Shown here: positions 19,019 to 29,192 of the stretch, in pieces | How positions within the stretch are numbered: position 1 is the first letter of the stretch | Layout of the letters: each line of letters starts with the position of its first letter | From: Armatimonadota bacterium | Lineage (GTDB): Bacteria > Armatimonadota > Fimbriimonadia > Fimbriimonadales > Fimbriimonadaceae | Assembly (NCBI GenBank): GCA_048498855.1 | Contig: JBEHXE010000006.1 | Coordinates: forward strand, 10,074 to 74,073 | Reading direction: 5' to 3' | DNA length: 64,000 bases | Position numbers and translations under genes: made by a program | Notes under the pieces: generated by a model | What the model was told of the DNA's origin: nothing | The model's database searches: none | What the model saw: the letters and a program-made list of their open reading frames with translations, nothing else

Positions 19019-19798
19019 TTAGCGTTCGAGCAGCGGCAACAGTTCGGTCAGGTCTGAGAGGATCAAGTCGGGATGAGGGGCTCCGTCCGGCATTTCCTCG
19101 GGTTTGCCAGTGCGAGAGCTTGGCGGAACGTCCGAATCCCGTCGGATCCAGGCTGACACCCAGCCATATTCAATGGCAGGAACAATGTCGTGTCCAAAAG
19201 AGTTTCCGACCATGAGAATTTCTTCGGGCTGGCAATCGATGGCGTTGGCAGCTCGATCAAAAACAGACTTGTGCGGTTTACCAACACGCATTTCGCCTTC
19301 GATAAAGATGTTATCGAAGTAGTGGCGAATCTTAAGCGTATCGACTTCTTGATTCTGGATGTCGGCTGGGCCGTTTGTGATCAGGCCAAGAGGGAATTTG
19401 CCCTGGAAAGCATTCAGTACGGTGACGGCATCATCGAACAATTTGAGATTCCGGTTCCGCTCAACCATGTAGGCGTAGCTAAGACTTTTGGCCAACTCGG
19501 AGTCGTCGACGCCGATCGAGAGCAGTGTGAGCTGCATCTGATGGGTCCGGGTGACAGTTCCCGATGTGAGATATTCCTGGAACAAAGGAGCTTGATCTTT
19601 GAGCTGAGGGCTGAACGATCGGAAGGCTTCTCCCCATGCCGTTACCATTTCTTCTGGGGTCTTACCCTCGATCGGGTGTTGAGAAAAAGCGGATTTGAGT
19701 CCAGCTTTGCTCGCGTTCCAATAACCACACAGCGTATCGTCAAGATCGAAATAGATGCCCTTGACCTTCGAAAACCGCTCCTTAATCTGCGAATCCAC
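19019..19798 (-). CDS. HAD-superfamily hydrolase
   Basis: Motifs IYFDLDDTL, GLITNG, and VGNSFGHDI. The track ORF starts at 19870 and overlaps ygfZ by 64 nt. A GTG at 19798 puts the start about 14 codons before the DxD motif. Confidence 0.75.
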   Translation of the reverse strand: MDSQIKERFSKVKGIYFDLDDTLCGYWNASKAGLKSAFSQHPIEGKTPEEMVTAWGEAFRSFSPQLKDQAPLFQEYLTSGTVTRTHQMQLTLLSIGVDDSELAKSLSYAYMVERNRNLKLFDDAVTVLNAFQGKFPLGLITNGPADIQNQEVDTLKIRHYFDNIFIEGEMRVGKPHKSVFDRAANAIDCQPEEILMVGNSFGHDIVPAIEYGWVSAWIRRDSDVPPSSRTGKPEEMPDGAPHPDLILSDLTELLPLLER

Positions 19799-19806
19799 TT
19801 TCTTTA

Positions 19807-20613
19807 TTATGGCTTGTAAGGTTCGAGTACCGGAGTTGTTCCATTTTTGACGAACGCCCCAACCAGCCAATCCTGCTCGGGATGGATTTCGGAACGCGTT
19901 ACGGTGCCGACCTTGTTACCATCAGCGTCAATCACATCGCTTCCTGGCTCTAACTCTTCTTCAGAATGGAAAACGCTCCACGTTTTGTTGGTGTGTCCCC
20001 GGCTGTGAATGCGGTGATTGACCTCTTGACCGGTGTAGCATCCCTTGGTATAGCTCATGGTATGCAACTCGAATTTTGGGCCCATCTCGGCGGGAAAATT
20101 CGAGTCCGTCATGTCGAGCCCCCACAATGGGATCCCCGCTTCAAGAGAGGCGAGTTTCAGGACTCCAGCATCGAAAATGGTTCCTGAGTGCGTTTCGGTC
20201 GTATCCACACCTGGCCAAAGCGTTCGTTTGGCTGGCAAACCCGTCTCGACAAAGAGAGCGTGAAAGAGTGGGGCTTCAATTACTTGGGCAACGCAATCCT
20301 CGAGAATCACCATTTGTTCGACCCGCGCCAAAATGGCCGGAACGCAAACGGTTGGAACGATCATCCAGCCTTTATTGTCAACCAAGTGGAGATCACCGGG
20401 AGCGAGGATTTGGCCAGTGGGCTTGCACATACAAAACGAGATTGGAACTCCCGTTTTAAGATTTCGAATATCGTTCGAGATTTGTCCCTGCAGCCATTCT
20501 TGCCATTCGGTCCCACTGAATTCGACAATAGAGTAGTCCGAAAGGCGGAACACACCTCCCTCGTGACGGAGAACTTCGTAATCGGAGGATATCTGGTCCA
20601 TTTCCCACCGCAT
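19807..20613 (-). CDS. ygfZ: YgfZ/CAF17-type folate-binding protein (GcvT fold)
   Basis: YTKGCYTGQEV signature near the C-terminal third, with aminomethyltransferase-like length. Confidence 0.75.
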   Translation of the reverse strand: MRWEMDQISSDYEVLRHEGGVFRLSDYSIVEFSGTEWQEWLQGQISNDIRNLKTGVPISFCMCKPTGQILAPGDLHLVDNKGWMIVPTVCVPAILARVEQMVILEDCVAQVIEAPLFHALFVETGLPAKRTLWPGVDTTETHSGTIFDAGVLKLASLEAGIPLWGLDMTDSNFPAEMGPKFELHTMSYTKGCYTGQEVNHRIHSRGHTNKTWSVFHSEEELEPGSDVIDADGNKVGTVTRSEIHPEQDWLVGAFVKNGTTPVLEPYKP

Positions 20614-20645
20614 TCTACGTCTGAAATGGAAAGAGCGTTAATCGA

Positions 20646-21452
20646 TTGATGGTAAATCCTTGGCTAATTGGTGGGCTTGCCGCTCTCTTTGGGATTGGCG
20701 CGGCGACCGTTCGTAACTTTGAACATGCAGCGGCGAGGGATCTTGCTTCGAAACTGGATGGCGATCGTAAGGTCGTCAAGCTGGATGTCACATATCCAGG
20801 CATCTTGAGCCCTGGACTCGGTGAAGTGGGTACGGCCACGATCCATGCTTCTCATTTCCGCTGTGAAGGGTTGCCGCTGTTTACGGAGCCAAAACGCAGC
20901 CATAAAGGTTCGATCGAATGGCTGAAGCTGGACCTTCAAGATTTCTATTTACGCGACTTGCGATGTGAGCGCTTCTCGGCTGCCATTCCGAAATGCCGAT
21001 TTGACTTCGCTTTGGCTGCTTCGAAGCGAAAAATACGACTTAGTAAGAGTGGATTGGGCGAAGGAAGTGTGCAAATCAAAGTTCAAGACTTAGCCCCCTA
21101 CATCCTCAAAAAGTACGCCGAAATCAAACGCGTCTCGGTAACGGTTGATGGGAATTGGGTGAGAGTGCAGGGCTACGGTCAGTTCTTAGTATTGAATGCT
21201 ACTTTTGATGTGAAAGCCCATATTGGCACGAACGGCGGACAGTTATTACTCACCGATTGCATTGTTCGGATCGATGACAAAGTGCCGGACGCAGATAGCG
21301 AGAAAGCTCTAATCGACACCTTGAATCCCGTCATTGACTTTGCCAAGGACCTCGATCTATATGATGCTGTTGATGCCCAAAAGGTGTGGATCGAGGGAGA
21401 TTCGATTTTTGTTACGGGAAAAGTGAAGATTCCAGATTCGCCAGAGGGTTAG
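20646..21452 (+). CDS. membrane-anchored hypothetical protein (possibly DUF2993/LmeA-like)
   Basis: N-terminal TM span, then a beta-rich repeated region. The family guess is unverified. The ATG at 20649 may be the true start. Confidence 0.5.
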   Translation: MMVNPWLIGGLAALFGIGAATVRNFEHAAARDLASKLDGDRKVVKLDVTYPGILSPGLGEVGTATIHASHFRCEGLPLFTEPKRSHKGSIEWLKLDLQDFYLRDLRCERFSAAIPKCRFDFALAASKRKIRLSKSGLGEGSVQIKVQDLAPYILKKYAEIKRVSVTVDGNWVRVQGYGQFLVLNATFDVKAHIGTNGGQLLLTDCIVRIDDKVPDADSEKALIDTLNPVIDFAKDLDLYDAVDAQKVWIEGDSIFVTGKVKIPDSPEG

Positions 21453-21862
21453 TCGATTTCGAGAGACCCAAAACGTTTCTCGGTCGAATCTGCGTTGGCC
21501 GACAGCAAGGCAAATGCTTTTTCGATTCGCTGACGTTCTCGATCGGCGATCGACTTCTTCGCGGGTTGCGCGATTTCAAATTCCGATACATGACTTAGTA
21601 GTAAGTCATACTGAGACCGTATCTGACCAAAAGTCGCTTTGTTCGGAACCCCGAGAATGATTTCCGCCTCGTCTAGGCTCATGACGGTTATTTGAGTTTT
21701 GAACTCTTGCTCTTCGGCTTTCTTGAGGGCAACCCCTTGTTCGAGCGCTTGATCAAGCTCTTGCACGGCTTTCTCTTCGGCGGTCGGACCTCCGAAAATT
21801 GCCTCTTGGGCCTTATTCGCATAAGCCCTTCCTAGATTTATAACTCGATCAATTTCGGACAT
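21449..21862 (-). CDS. hypothetical protein with J-domain-like segment lacking HPD
   Basis: LDEAEIILGVPNKATFGQIRSQYDLLL resembles J-domain helix II, but there is no HPD tripeptide. Confidence 0.45.
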   Translation of the reverse strand: MSEIDRVINLGRAYANKAQEAIFGGPTAEEKAVQELDQALEQGVALKKAEEQEFKTQITVMSLDEAEIILGVPNKATFGQIRSQYDLLLSHVSEFEIAQPAKKSIADRERQRIEKAFALLSANADSTEKRFGSLEID

Positions 21863-21882
21863 GAATACCTCTCTATGTTACT

Positions 21883-22527
21883 CTACGAACGCAAGACTTC
21901 CTGGGCTTCGACGACGCTAGACTGAATCGTTTCAAGCGCACCGAGCGACGACCGCAAATCGTCGGCTCGCGCCGTCGCGTCAAGCGAGGCATTTGAAACC
22001 GCGAGTTTGGTTTTGAGTTCACTCAACGAGGCCTTGGTCACTTCGATTTCATTCTCAATTTTCGTGATGATTTCCTTTGCCTTTTTGTACTCTTGAAACT
22101 CTCCGGTTTTTGCCTCCATCACTTTAGCGTAGGCTAATTTTTCTTGGGTGGATTCGGCGGTCTCATGTAACTCTCGCATTCGTTCAATTTCGCCTTCGAC
22201 ATTGATGTGCCATTCAAGGGCTTTTCTAAGCTGATCACGAGTTTGAAGGGCGCGCACGACGCGATCGTGGGCCTCCTGAACCTCCTGGCGAACGGTCCCG
22301 CCCATCGCTCTAACCGCCGGGTCCTGTGATTTTTCGATAACGTCCTCAATCGATCTCTTAAGCGAGCGAATCGGTCGATAAAGCATTTGAGAGTCGAATG
22401 ACAAGGAAGGGAATTCATCTGATTGGTTCGTTTGCCGAACTTTCTTGGTTGAGCCGATGAACGCAATGAAGGCCCCCACTGCCACGATGAGGATGATAAC
22501 CAAGGACATCAAAATCAGAGAGGACAC
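21883..22527 (-). CDS. membrane-anchored coiled-coil protein, hypothetical
   Basis: N-terminal TM span (LILMSLVIILIVAVGAFIAFIG), then E/K/Q-rich helical sequence. Confidence 0.55.
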   Translation of the reverse strand: MSSLILMSLVIILIVAVGAFIAFIGSTKKVRQTNQSDEFPSLSFDSQMLYRPIRSLKRSIEDVIEKSQDPAVRAMGGTVRQEVQEAHDRVVRALQTRDQLRKALEWHINVEGEIERMRELHETAESTQEKLAYAKVMEAKTGEFQEYKKAKEIITKIENEIEVTKASLSELKTKLAVSNASLDATARADDLRSSLGALETIQSSVVEAQEVLRS

Positions 22528-22549
22528 GATGTTAGTTTACGGTGGTCGG

Positions 22550-23422
22550 TTAGAATCGGAAGCGAAGAAAAACGGAAAAGTCTCGAAAGTTACGATCGGC
22601 AAGGCGATATTGCCCCTCAATGGAAACCCCTTTGGCAGCTGTGTAAGTACAGCCAAGGCGAGTAAATGTTGGGTTTTCACCAAAAACTTTTGAGACGCCG
22701 ACAAGTGCAGAGTGACGATGTCCTAGATCATAACTAACTTGGAAATCTCCCGCTTCTTTGTCTTTCGAGAGACCTTCGGGTTGCCGAAGAACGATAGCTT
22801 CTGTTCGGTAAGCGAACTTTCCTGATCGGCGATTGATGTCAACGCCATAGGCTTGCTTCCACCCATTCCCGATTCCTTCGGGTTGTTGAAGCGATTGGGT
22901 AAGGGCCATCGCCGAGCTATTGATTCCCCAGTGGCGTCCCAGCGCAAAACTAAAGCCTACCCCTCGTCCACCAAGCCGCCCAACGACTCCGTATTGACGT
23001 CCCATTCCTCCATCTGCGATTGCAATTGAAAGCGGCATTCCCCCGAGCAGCAAATTGGAATCAAGTCGAGCCGACTGAACGGATTGACGGAAAAAGCCTC
23101 CGCCGCCAAAGGGGACGTACTGCTTGCCCAGTCGCCACGAACCCGGGTCTTCGATATAGTATTCGTCAAAAGGGTCATCGTCCGGATCGTTCTTGATCGT
23201 CTGAACCCGCTCGGCCAGCACTACACGGAGCCCGATCGGAAGTCTCGCTTGAAGGGAGACGGTCGAATGCCTTCCGAGAGGAGTGTAGGACTTAGCACCA
23301 AGCGAAAACTCCTTCGACGAGGTCATGCCGAGGCTGACATCGCCTTTTATACGAACGTCTGGAGCTTGCCCATGCGCACCTGCGGCAAAGAAGCTGAGGA
23401 TTGCTAGGCAAGTTTTTCTCAC
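22550..23422 (-). CDS. outer-membrane beta-barrel protein, hypothetical
   Basis: Signal peptide ...FFAAGAHG-Q, alternating-hydrophobicity strands, and a C-terminal ...FLRFRF. The GTG start overlaps the hisS stop (GTGA). Confidence 0.6.
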   Translation of the reverse strand: MRKTCLAILSFFAAGAHGQAPDVRIKGDVSLGMTSSKEFSLGAKSYTPLGRHSTVSLQARLPIGLRVVLAERVQTIKNDPDDDPFDEYYIEDPGSWRLGKQYVPFGGGGFFRQSVQSARLDSNLLLGGMPLSIAIADGGMGRQYGVVGRLGGRGVGFSFALGRHWGINSSAMALTQSLQQPEGIGNGWKQAYGVDINRRSGKFAYRTEAIVLRQPEGLSKDKEAGDFQVSYDLGHRHSALVGVSKVFGENPTFTRLGCTYTAAKGVSIEGQYRLADRNFRDFSVFLRFRF

Positions 23423-24660
23423 AATAAATCTAATACGTTCTCAAGAGGGATTTGGGTTTGCTCCCCCGACTCCATATTTTTGAGCGTGATGGTTTTTTGC
23501 GCGAGTTCATCGTCACCGACGATGCCACAAAATCGAGCTCCCGATGAGTCTGCTTGTCTCATTTGTGACTTCATACTTCGACTGTCAAGGTCAAGCAGAA
23601 CCGTTTTACCGCCTGTTCGAAGTTCGCGGGCGAGCCCCCGGACGGCGCTGCCTGAGGCCTCGGAAGCCCTCACTAGGAAGATGTCAGGTTTTGACGCTGG
23701 GGCTTTGACTTCCTTGGCTTCAAGGGCTAATATCACGCGCTCGACCCCGATGCCGTAACCCACGCAGGGCGTCGCTGGTCCCCCGATTTCCTTGACGAGA
23801 TTGTCATAACGACCACCGCCAAAAATGGAAAGCCCTGGAAGGTACTGAGAAACAAATTCAAAAACAGTTTCGGTGTAGTAGTCCAAACCGCGAACGGTGC
23901 CCGGAGACACCACGAATGGAACTCCCGCTTCGGTTAGGAGCGATTGAACCGCTTCGAATCGGGCTTGAGAGTCAGGCTCCAAAAATTCAAGGATCGAACG
24001 CAATCCTTCAAGAGCTTTTTGTTGGTCTGGGTCCTTAGAATCCAGCATGCCCAAAGGATTTTTTTCAATTCTGTCGCGAACTTCGGTCGCGGCATCCTTG
24101 AGATAGGCGGACGTGTAGTCGAGAATATGTTCGGAGAACTTAGTTCGACACTCAGATCGACCAATCGAATTCACGAGAATTGGTTCGTTTTCCAAACCAA
24201 CTGCGCAAAGAAACCTGTAAGCAAGTTCGAGTACTTCGACGTCGGCTTCAGGACTATTCGCCCCTAAGAGTTCGGCTCCAAACTGGTGAAGTTCGCGCAG
24301 TCGCCCTTTCTGGTTTCGATTATATCGGTAGCACGCGGTGAGGTAGTAGAGTCGTGTGTGAGTCCCTTGAGGGCAAAGATTGTGCTCGACGACAGCACGC
24401 ATTGCGGGCGCAGTCCCTTCAGGTTTGAGAGCGACATCACGTCCGCCCTTGTCCTTAAATTCGTACATTTCCTTGGAAACGATATCGCTTTGTTCGCCAG
24501 CGGTTCGCTTAAACAGAGCAACGTCTTCGAAGACAGGAGTGCGAATTTCGCCGTATCCGTAATGATGGGCAAGCTCACGATAGGTCGTCTCGAGCCATTG
24601 CCAAGTGGTCGCTTGGATTGGCAAAACGTCTTCGGTCCCACGGGGAGCTTGAATTCGCAT
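23419..24660 (-). CDS. hisS: histidine--tRNA ligase
   Basis: MRIQAPRGTEDVLP, class II motifs (RYNRNQKGRLRELHQFG, GGGRYD), and an anticodon-binding C-terminus. Confidence 0.95.
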   Translation of the reverse strand: MRIQAPRGTEDVLPIQATTWQWLETTYRELAHHYGYGEIRTPVFEDVALFKRTAGEQSDIVSKEMYEFKDKGGRDVALKPEGTAPAMRAVVEHNLCPQGTHTRLYYLTACYRYNRNQKGRLRELHQFGAELLGANSPEADVEVLELAYRFLCAVGLENEPILVNSIGRSECRTKFSEHILDYTSAYLKDAATEVRDRIEKNPLGMLDSKDPDQQKALEGLRSILEFLEPDSQARFEAVQSLLTEAGVPFVVSPGTVRGLDYYTETVFEFVSQYLPGLSIFGGGRYDNLVKEIGGPATPCVGYGIGVERVILALEAKEVKAPASKPDIFLVRASEASGSAVRGLARELRTGGKTVLLDLDSRSMKSQMRQADSSGARFCGIVGDDELAQKTITLKNMESGEQTQIPLENVLDLL

Positions 24661-24684
24661 AGAGTTCTATTGTGACACTGAACG

Positions 24685-25191
24685 CTACTTCATTTTTGGA
24701 CCAACTGCACCGATGAGGCGCAGCAAGGAATAGATCGCTACTATGATTGGTAGCACCGCCCCAAGTCTGGCTTCGTTTTTGGTTGACATCAACATGAGGG
24801 CGACATTGCTTGCCTCTAATAGGAGGACCAAGAAAAAAGGAAACTTTCTTGCATTCCAGATGCCACGAACGAAAAGAAAAAGGATCGGCAGTAGCCCAAC
24901 AAAGACTATGGACAAACCAATTCCTTTGACCTGATCCAGCGATCTAAGATTCTGTGCAATTTCTGGATCCGTAAGCTGTTTGAGGATCGATTCTCGAATT
25001 TGAAGAGCGAAGTCCACCGAAAAAGCCATGCCAACGAGTAGGCCAAGACTTCCTAGCAATAAAAGCGACTTGAGCAAATAGATGATCGCGATGAGAGCAT
25101 CCGCCCAGAAAGGACCAGAGGATCGACGTGGTGAAGAAGCTCGCCGTTTCTTAGTCGCCTTCTTTTTCGCCACATAGAAGATACGAAGCAA
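24685..25191 (-). CDS. membrane protein, hypothetical
   Basis: Basic N-terminus (KKKATKKRRASSPRR), then four hydrophobic spans. First gene of the minus-strand run 25191-21449. Confidence 0.5.
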   Translation of the reverse strand: MLRIFYVAKKKATKKRRASSPRRSSGPFWADALIAIIYLLKSLLLLGSLGLLVGMAFSVDFALQIRESILKQLTDPEIAQNLRSLDQVKGIGLSIVFVGLLPILFLFVRGIWNARKFPFFLVLLLEASNVALMLMSTKNEARLGAVLPIIVAIYSLLRLIGAVGPKMK

Positions 25192-25260
25192 AAGCGATTT
25201 TCGAAGCGTTTGTCATTCATTTCTTCTTTGGTGCGTCATATAGTCCAAGGAAAGGGAATC

Positions 25261-26757
25261 ATGTTGGGGTTATTGGTATTTTCAGGGTTAGTGCGTGGAC
25301 AAGACATTCGGGCTCAGATGCATCGAATTGATTCGGTAAAGGCCACCGCGCCCGATAAAGACTTAGCCTTTTTAAGTCAAGTAACGAAAGGTGCGACGGT
25401 GGTCGGGCTTGGCGAGGCAACCCACGGAACGAGCGAATTCTGCACGATGAAGCATCGAATTTTTCGATATTTGGTCGAGCACGAAGGCTTTACCGTCTTT
25501 GGACTCGAAGCAAGTATGCCAGATTGCCTTGCGATGGACGACTTCGTGACGACTGGGAAGGGAGATCCTGCCCAAGCGGTCAAGAATCAGGGCTTCTGGA
25601 CTTGGTCGACCCAGGAGGTTCTCGACTTAATTAAGTGGATGCGCGCCTACAACCTCGATCCTAAGCATGGCTCAAAGTTGCACGTGGTCGGGTTCGATAT
25701 GCAGAGTCAGGTGAGCGGCACCCTCTACTTTGAGCGCAAAGAAAAAGAGTTGACGGGAGATACGGATTCTGCTTTTTGGGAATCTGTGAGCTATGACCCG
25801 CTTACGCCAGATCTTCGGACCGCCACAACGACAAAGATGGATGAATTGATCGAGAAGATCGAAAAGCAATTAGGAAGCGAAGAGGCCCGACGGGCCCGAT
25901 TTGTCAAACGTGTCTATTTCCAGTCTGAGAGAAATACGTGGACCGCCCGATTGAGGATGCTTCAATCGGCGGTCTTGCCGACGATGCAAGAAACTTTTGC
26001 CGATTCTCAAAAGATCATCGATGATCTTAAACTTCAGTCAAGTGACGCTTACGACGGACTTAAGTTTTTGGACGAACATAAGAATAAGCTTGTCGATCCC
26101 AAGCCAGAAGAAAAGTCGGCGCTCATCGCAAACCTCTCAAAGTGGTCAATGGCTATTCGGAATATTAGTAGTAAAGACAAATCTGTAGTCGAGAGACTTG
26201 GCCGTCAGGCGTCTCTCCTTGACTTCATCGGATTCGCACTCGCAGACCCTTCGGAGAAGGGAACCACATTCTTTGAGTCGAATTCTTTCCGAGATCGTTG
26301 TATGGCCGAGAATTTGGTCGAAGTGTCGAAATCTCTCTTTCCCAGTCAAAAGGTATTTGCATGGGCTCACAATGGTCACATCATGCGGTCAGTTATGCCG
26401 AACGTTGCCCAATCGATGGGAAAGTTTCTCGATCAATCGTTGGGAAGTCGATATTGCCCCATCGGCTTTGTCTTCGGGTCAGGTTCATTTCAAGCAATCA
26501 ATGCGAACCGTAAGCTCACGGTGCACGAGGTCAAGCAGCCGGAAAAAGACTCTTTTGACGAGCAATTATCGAAAATGGGACAATCGGCATTCTTCATTTC
26601 CACTAACCTATTGAAAGAGAAGGTGAATTCTCGATCGATTGGAGCACTATACGATCCGAAGTTTGCGGATCGGTACGTCATGAGTTATTCTCCCGCCGAA
26701 GCCTTTTCTGGTCTGATCTTCATTTCACAAACGACGCCGACTCACTTATTGCCATAA
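25261..26757 (+). CDS. erythromycin esterase-family protein
   Basis: VVGLGEATHGTSEF...FTVFGLEASMPD signature. The ATG at 25261 is preceded by AAGGAAAGGG; the track ORF begins at a TTG at 25210. Confidence 0.8.
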   Translation: MLGLLVFSGLVRGQDIRAQMHRIDSVKATAPDKDLAFLSQVTKGATVVGLGEATHGTSEFCTMKHRIFRYLVEHEGFTVFGLEASMPDCLAMDDFVTTGKGDPAQAVKNQGFWTWSTQEVLDLIKWMRAYNLDPKHGSKLHVVGFDMQSQVSGTLYFERKEKELTGDTDSAFWESVSYDPLTPDLRTATTTKMDELIEKIEKQLGSEEARRARFVKRVYFQSERNTWTARLRMLQSAVLPTMQETFADSQKIIDDLKLQSSDAYDGLKFLDEHKNKLVDPKPEEKSALIANLSKWSMAIRNISSKDKSVVERLGRQASLLDFIGFALADPSEKGTTFFESNSFRDRCMAENLVEVSKSLFPSQKVFAWAHNGHIMRSVMPNVAQSMGKFLDQSLGSRYCPIGFVFGSGSFQAINANRKLTVHEVKQPEKDSFDEQLSKMGQSAFFISTNLLKEKVNSRSIGALYDPKFADRYVMSYSPAEAFSGLIFISQTTPTHLLP

Positions 26758-26822
26758 CCTGGTTAAGTTCGTGAAATCTTTCGGCTCAATTTCGAGTAAA
26801 ACGGTTTCGATTTAGTCGCGCG

Positions 26823-26970
26823 ATGTTCCTGCCTTATCGAAACCAAAACCCTCCCGAATCGTTTCCTTACGGCACGATTGGTCTCATGATCGCAAACGTC
26901 GTGACCTACTGCCTCACGACACAATACGGGTTGGTAATCAAGAGGAGCGTCGTCCTTCATGGCGGAATGA
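26823..26970 (+). pseudogene. 5' remnant of a rhomboid-family protease gene
   Basis: MFLPYRNQNPPESFPYGTIGLMIANVVTYCLTTQYGLV resembles the conserved rhomboid N-terminus and TM1. The catalytic core (GxSG, His) is absent downstream in every frame I read. Confidence 0.35.
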
Positions 26971-27179
26971 GCATTTCCCCCCCCTTAACTGTGTTTCATG
27001 ACTTTGCCCAGGCCAAGCAGTGGTACTTGTACATCAAGCAACGTTTCCCAATGAGTCCAATTACGAGCCAGATAGATGCTCGAATCAATTTGCTTTCAAA
27101 GGCCGCTCCTAAAAGCTGAACATTATTAATTTGAACTTATCATTCGCGGATTTTTGTCCTGCACGCGATAGCGCATTAG

Positions 27180-27185
27180 TACAAT
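27180..27185 (+). promoter_or_regulatory. -10 box, leaderless configuration
   Basis: TACAAT lies 7 nt before the ATG at 27193, with no Shine-Dalgarno. Confidence 0.4.
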
Positions 27186-27192
27186 ATCGGGC

Positions 27193-28170
27193 ATGCAGTA
27201 TCGAGAACTCGGCACGACCGGAGTGAAAGTTTCTGAAGTCAGTTTGGGATGTTGGACCATGGGTGGTCTTAACTGGGTGAACGGAAATCCAAACGGTTGG
27301 GCGAATGTGGATGAAGATGAGATCACGGCCGCGATCAAGAAAGGCATTGACGCCGGTGTGAATCACTTTGATAACGCAGATGTGTATGGCAACGGCAAAG
27401 CCGAACGGATGTTGCGGCGCGTTCTTGATCGTCTCGGCGTGAAGTCCGAAGACTATGTCATTGCCACGAAAGTGGGGCACTTCCCTGGTACGGCGGAACA
27501 TGCTTACGAGGCGCTGCATATTCGTCATCAATGCGAACAGTCGCTTAAGAACCTTGGGCGCGACTATATTGATGTTTACTACTTCCATCATGGATCTTTT
27601 GGTGAGTCAGATTTCTATCTCGATGATGCCGTCGAAATGATGAATCGCCTCGTGGAAGAAGGGAAGGTCCGTGTGAAAGGCCAGTCTGCCTACAGTTCGG
27701 ATGACTTTGAGCGTGTCACGCCAAAAGTACAGCCATCGGTTCTTCAAAGTTGGGCGCACGCGATGGACGACCAATTTGTCCGCCCAGGCTCGCGGGTAAG
27801 CGAGCTGATGAAGGCGCACAACATGACGTTCGTAGCGTTTAGTCCCCTGGCCCAGGGCCTCTTGTTGGACAAATTCGATCCTGATAACCCTCCGCAATTT
27901 GATGAAGGCGATCATCGGCGCGGCAGCAAGAACTTTGGCTCCGAGCGACTACATGCCCTGAAGCCGAAGATGGCAACCCTTAAGGAGCGCTTCGGCGATT
28001 CAATCGAAGACTTAAGCGCGATCGCCCAGCGTTATATTCTCAACATGCCAAACGTGGCTTGCACCATCCCGGGATTCCGAAACGAACGTCAGGTCGCATG
28101 TAATTTATCGGCGGTTGGACGGGATCTGAGCGAAGCCGATATGGATTTCATTCGCGAAACGTTGGCCTAA
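27193..28170 (+). CDS. aldo/keto reductase
   Basis: MQYRELGTTGVKVSEVSLGCWTMGG...HFDNADVYGNG. Confidence 0.9.
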   Translation: MQYRELGTTGVKVSEVSLGCWTMGGLNWVNGNPNGWANVDEDEITAAIKKGIDAGVNHFDNADVYGNGKAERMLRRVLDRLGVKSEDYVIATKVGHFPGTAEHAYEALHIRHQCEQSLKNLGRDYIDVYYFHHGSFGESDFYLDDAVEMMNRLVEEGKVRVKGQSAYSSDDFERVTPKVQPSVLQSWAHAMDDQFVRPGSRVSELMKAHNMTFVAFSPLAQGLLLDKFDPDNPPQFDEGDHRRGSKNFGSERLHALKPKMATLKERFGDSIEDLSAIAQRYILNMPNVACTIPGFRNERQVACNLSAVGRDLSEADMDFIRETLA

Positions 28171-29192
28171 CCAAAGAACCGAGTGAGGCTGCGACTGAGG
28201 GCATCCGCCGTGAAATTCACGAGCGGAATGCTTCCGTCGTAATCCATTCGGGTTGGACCGACAATTGCAACGACGCCAACCTCGTTAGCGCCAATGTAAT
28301 ATCCTTTGCGCACGACACTAAACCGGTGCATCTGTTCCGCTCGATTTTCTTTGCCAATCGTGACGACATCCGTATTCGGCGAGACTGCTTCATAAAGAAC
28401 ATCGGTCTCATCAAGTTGCCGAAAGAGTTCAGATAACGCGGTGGCATCGCGCTGGAATTCTGGCTTGGAAAACAGAAATTCTTCGCCCTCGGTGATGAGT
28501 TTGCCACGGGTGAGCTGTTTCGCTATCGACCTCAGTTGAGCCCACACGAGGTTGAGAAGCTTTTCGATAATCGGTCCTTCAACGGCGAGTGGCTTGGTCC
28601 TCGTCATGGACTTGAGGTCTTTTCCAACAATCTGCAGACGCAGGGCTTCATTTGTCGCCCCAATGTCCTCAAGGGTCAAGTTTTTAGGACATTCAATCAT
28701 GCGATTTTCGATATGCCCATTGCTCAGTGCCACAACGAGGAGCGCTTGGGTTGGACCAAGACCCGAAAGAATCGCAGTGCGAACCGTAACGTTTGAGTCC
28801 TTAGTAGTTGTTGCTACTCCGAGTTGATTCGTGGCTCGACTCAAAACCTTTACTGTATCTCGCAGCAGATCCTGGAGAGCCTCTGTGTCTTGGGTGGCAT
28901 CTTTGACGGCCTTCTGCTGTCCTTCCGCAATGGCTTGCTCGACGATCAGGCGATCGACATAAAAGCGGTAACCGATATCGCTGGGAATGCGTCCAGCGGA
29001 GGTGTGGGGTTGTTCGAGAAATCCGAGTTCCGACATCTCAGCGAGTTCGTTGCGAACGGTCGCGGATTTAACGCCCAGGTCGTATTTTTGCACAAGCATT
29101 TCGGATGCGACCGGTTCTGCCCCCGTCACATATTCGATGACGATGGCACGCAAAAGCCTTTGCTTTCTCGGATCGAGTTCGTGCATGGACAT
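28167..29192 (-). CDS. hrcA: heat-inducible transcription repressor HrcA
   Basis: RKQRLLRAIVIEYVTGAEPVASEMLV...SATVRNELAEMSELGFLEQPHTSAGRIPSDIGYRFYVD. Confidence 0.9.
   Translation of the reverse strand: MSMHELDPRKQRLLRAIVIEYVTGAEPVASEMLVQKYDLGVKSATVRNELAEMSELGFLEQPHTSAGRIPSDIGYRFYVDRLIVEQAIAEGQQKAVKDATQDTEALQDLLRDTVKVLSRATNQLGVATTTKDSNVTVRTAILSGLGPTQALLVVALSNGHIENRMIECPKNLTLEDIGATNEALRLQIVGKDLKSMTRTKPLAVEGPIIEKLLNLVWAQLRSIAKQLTRGKLITEGEEFLFSKPEFQRDATALSELFRQLDETDVLYEAVSPNTDVVTIGKENRAEQMHRFSVVRKGYYIGANEVGVVAIVGPTRMDYDGSIPLVNFTADALSRSLTRFFG

Noticed and set aside
27109-27591. A 160-aa minus-strand ORF overlapping the start of the aldo/keto reductase.
   Set aside because: It is opposite a strongly supported AKR gene and has no motifs.
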